NCBI RefSeq assembly: GCF_006345805.1
Contig: NC_043001.1
Span: forward strand, 15,934,001-15,998,000
Direction: 5' to 3'
Origin: Octopus sinensis
Taxonomy: Eukaryota
DNA length: 64,000 nt
Position 1 is the stretch's first letter; each line of letters starts with the position of its first letter. Positions 62,881-64,000 of the stretch are shown here, one piece after another. The position numbers were made by a program, and so were the translations under genes. Under the pieces are notes generated by a model, which had not been told where the DNA came from, made no database searches, and saw nothing but the letters and a program-made list of their open reading frames with translations.

Positions 62881-64000
62881 TATTATTACTATTTAGAGAG
62901 CGAGAGATTGCGTCTCGTAAATTCTGCTCTCACAATTGGCTACCACTTTTAAATCTAGTGACCTACTGTCGTTAAAAAGTGATCCTATTTTCAAGCCAAG
63001 TGAATGCTACGCTCATTTACGTTATTGACCTTCACCACCGATATGCTAGACATCTTCTACAGTTCTATATGTACTGATTTGACTTTGAAAGAACACTCCA
63101 TATGATAAGAATTGTACAGCAAAAGTTTTCTAACTCTTGGCATGATCCTAACTAGAAGTCTATCTTGTACTGCTTGGAGGAAAGTTGGTCCCTCTGTCAT
63201 TGTATCTTTCTTTTACTTGTTTCAGTCATTTGACTGCGGCCATGCTGGAGCACCGCCTTTATTGATGTGTTTTCTTTCTTTCTTTTTTTTTTATAGCAAT
63301 CTCCACTGATTCGGCTTTCTCCTTTCCGCTACCCTCTGTGTACACTTGGCCCAGATTTGCGGTCGGGGCCAGAAGAGCTGCTTAACAATATGCCTGATAA
63401 AAGGATATCAAGCTTGCCGTTTACGTCTACAGATGTCACAGTTTCAACACTTACGGGTGCATTATTAACCAAGGCACCATAATGAGGGGTGTAAGATGGG
63501 CGAATAATGAAGAAAAACAGTGTCAGCAATAATATAGAAGAAATTCTGTCAAGGAAGCGAAGTGGGAAGAGCATGTTGAGATGAAATTTAACTGAAAGAT
63601 ATTTGTATATCATGGCTAGAGTGGGAAGGAAAAATGAATGAGGTTAAGGGCGAAGTAGAAATGGAAAAGGAAATGTAAGAACGAGAGGGGGAGGGAGGGA
63701 GGAGAAGGTAGAGAAAATGCAGCAGAAAAGTTGTAGTGACATTTCATTTCGGTCTTGTGCCACAAAATGTAATAAACAGTTGAGCGGAAATGGTGTGCTG
63801 GGAACAATGTTTAGTTGATCAACAATATGGCTGAGGGAAACCACCTCAGGGGAGCGGCCCTGCATATTATATTCAAATACCGTGGGGGTCTCTCACATGT
63901 GCAATACAGTGAAAGGATAAAATTTCGACCAACTAACATTATCCAAGCAATTAATAGGGAAAGATTCCCTTTGTTAGAAATCTAAAAACAATAAGTAAAT

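Noticed and set aside
63329-63613. 94-aa minus-strand ORF in unique sequence
   Set aside because: No recognisable domain and no consistent splice boundaries.

Overview
This is AT-rich, gene-poor eukaryotic DNA packed with microsatellites and transposon relics. The SINE families look like those of an octopus (my recognition; no database search was run). I found no intact, recognisable host protein-coding gene, and almost all listed ORFs are translations of simple repeats. Mobile content: four tRNA-derived SINE families (A-D, my labels); two disrupted Penelope-like elements (PLEs) of different types side by side at 13.8-17.0 kb; mariner, Tc1, maT-like, hAT, MULE, RTE and R4-like fragments; and several MITEs. 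The main result is a set of hammerhead-ribozyme (HHR) motifs in PLE-terminus-like repeats. Six have the standard type I order: 3857-3950 (degenerate), 17252-17312, 41242-41281, 50392-50452, 58535-58580 and 59536-59596. One, at 58861-58921 on the minus strand, has all three core segments and complementary stems in an order that is not a circular permutation of the standard hammerhead. Two partial relatives of it lie at 2181-2235 and 59217-59260. A few CpG-rich islands look like promoters or first exons but are unconfirmed. All folds were done by eye, and most repeat boundaries are approximate.
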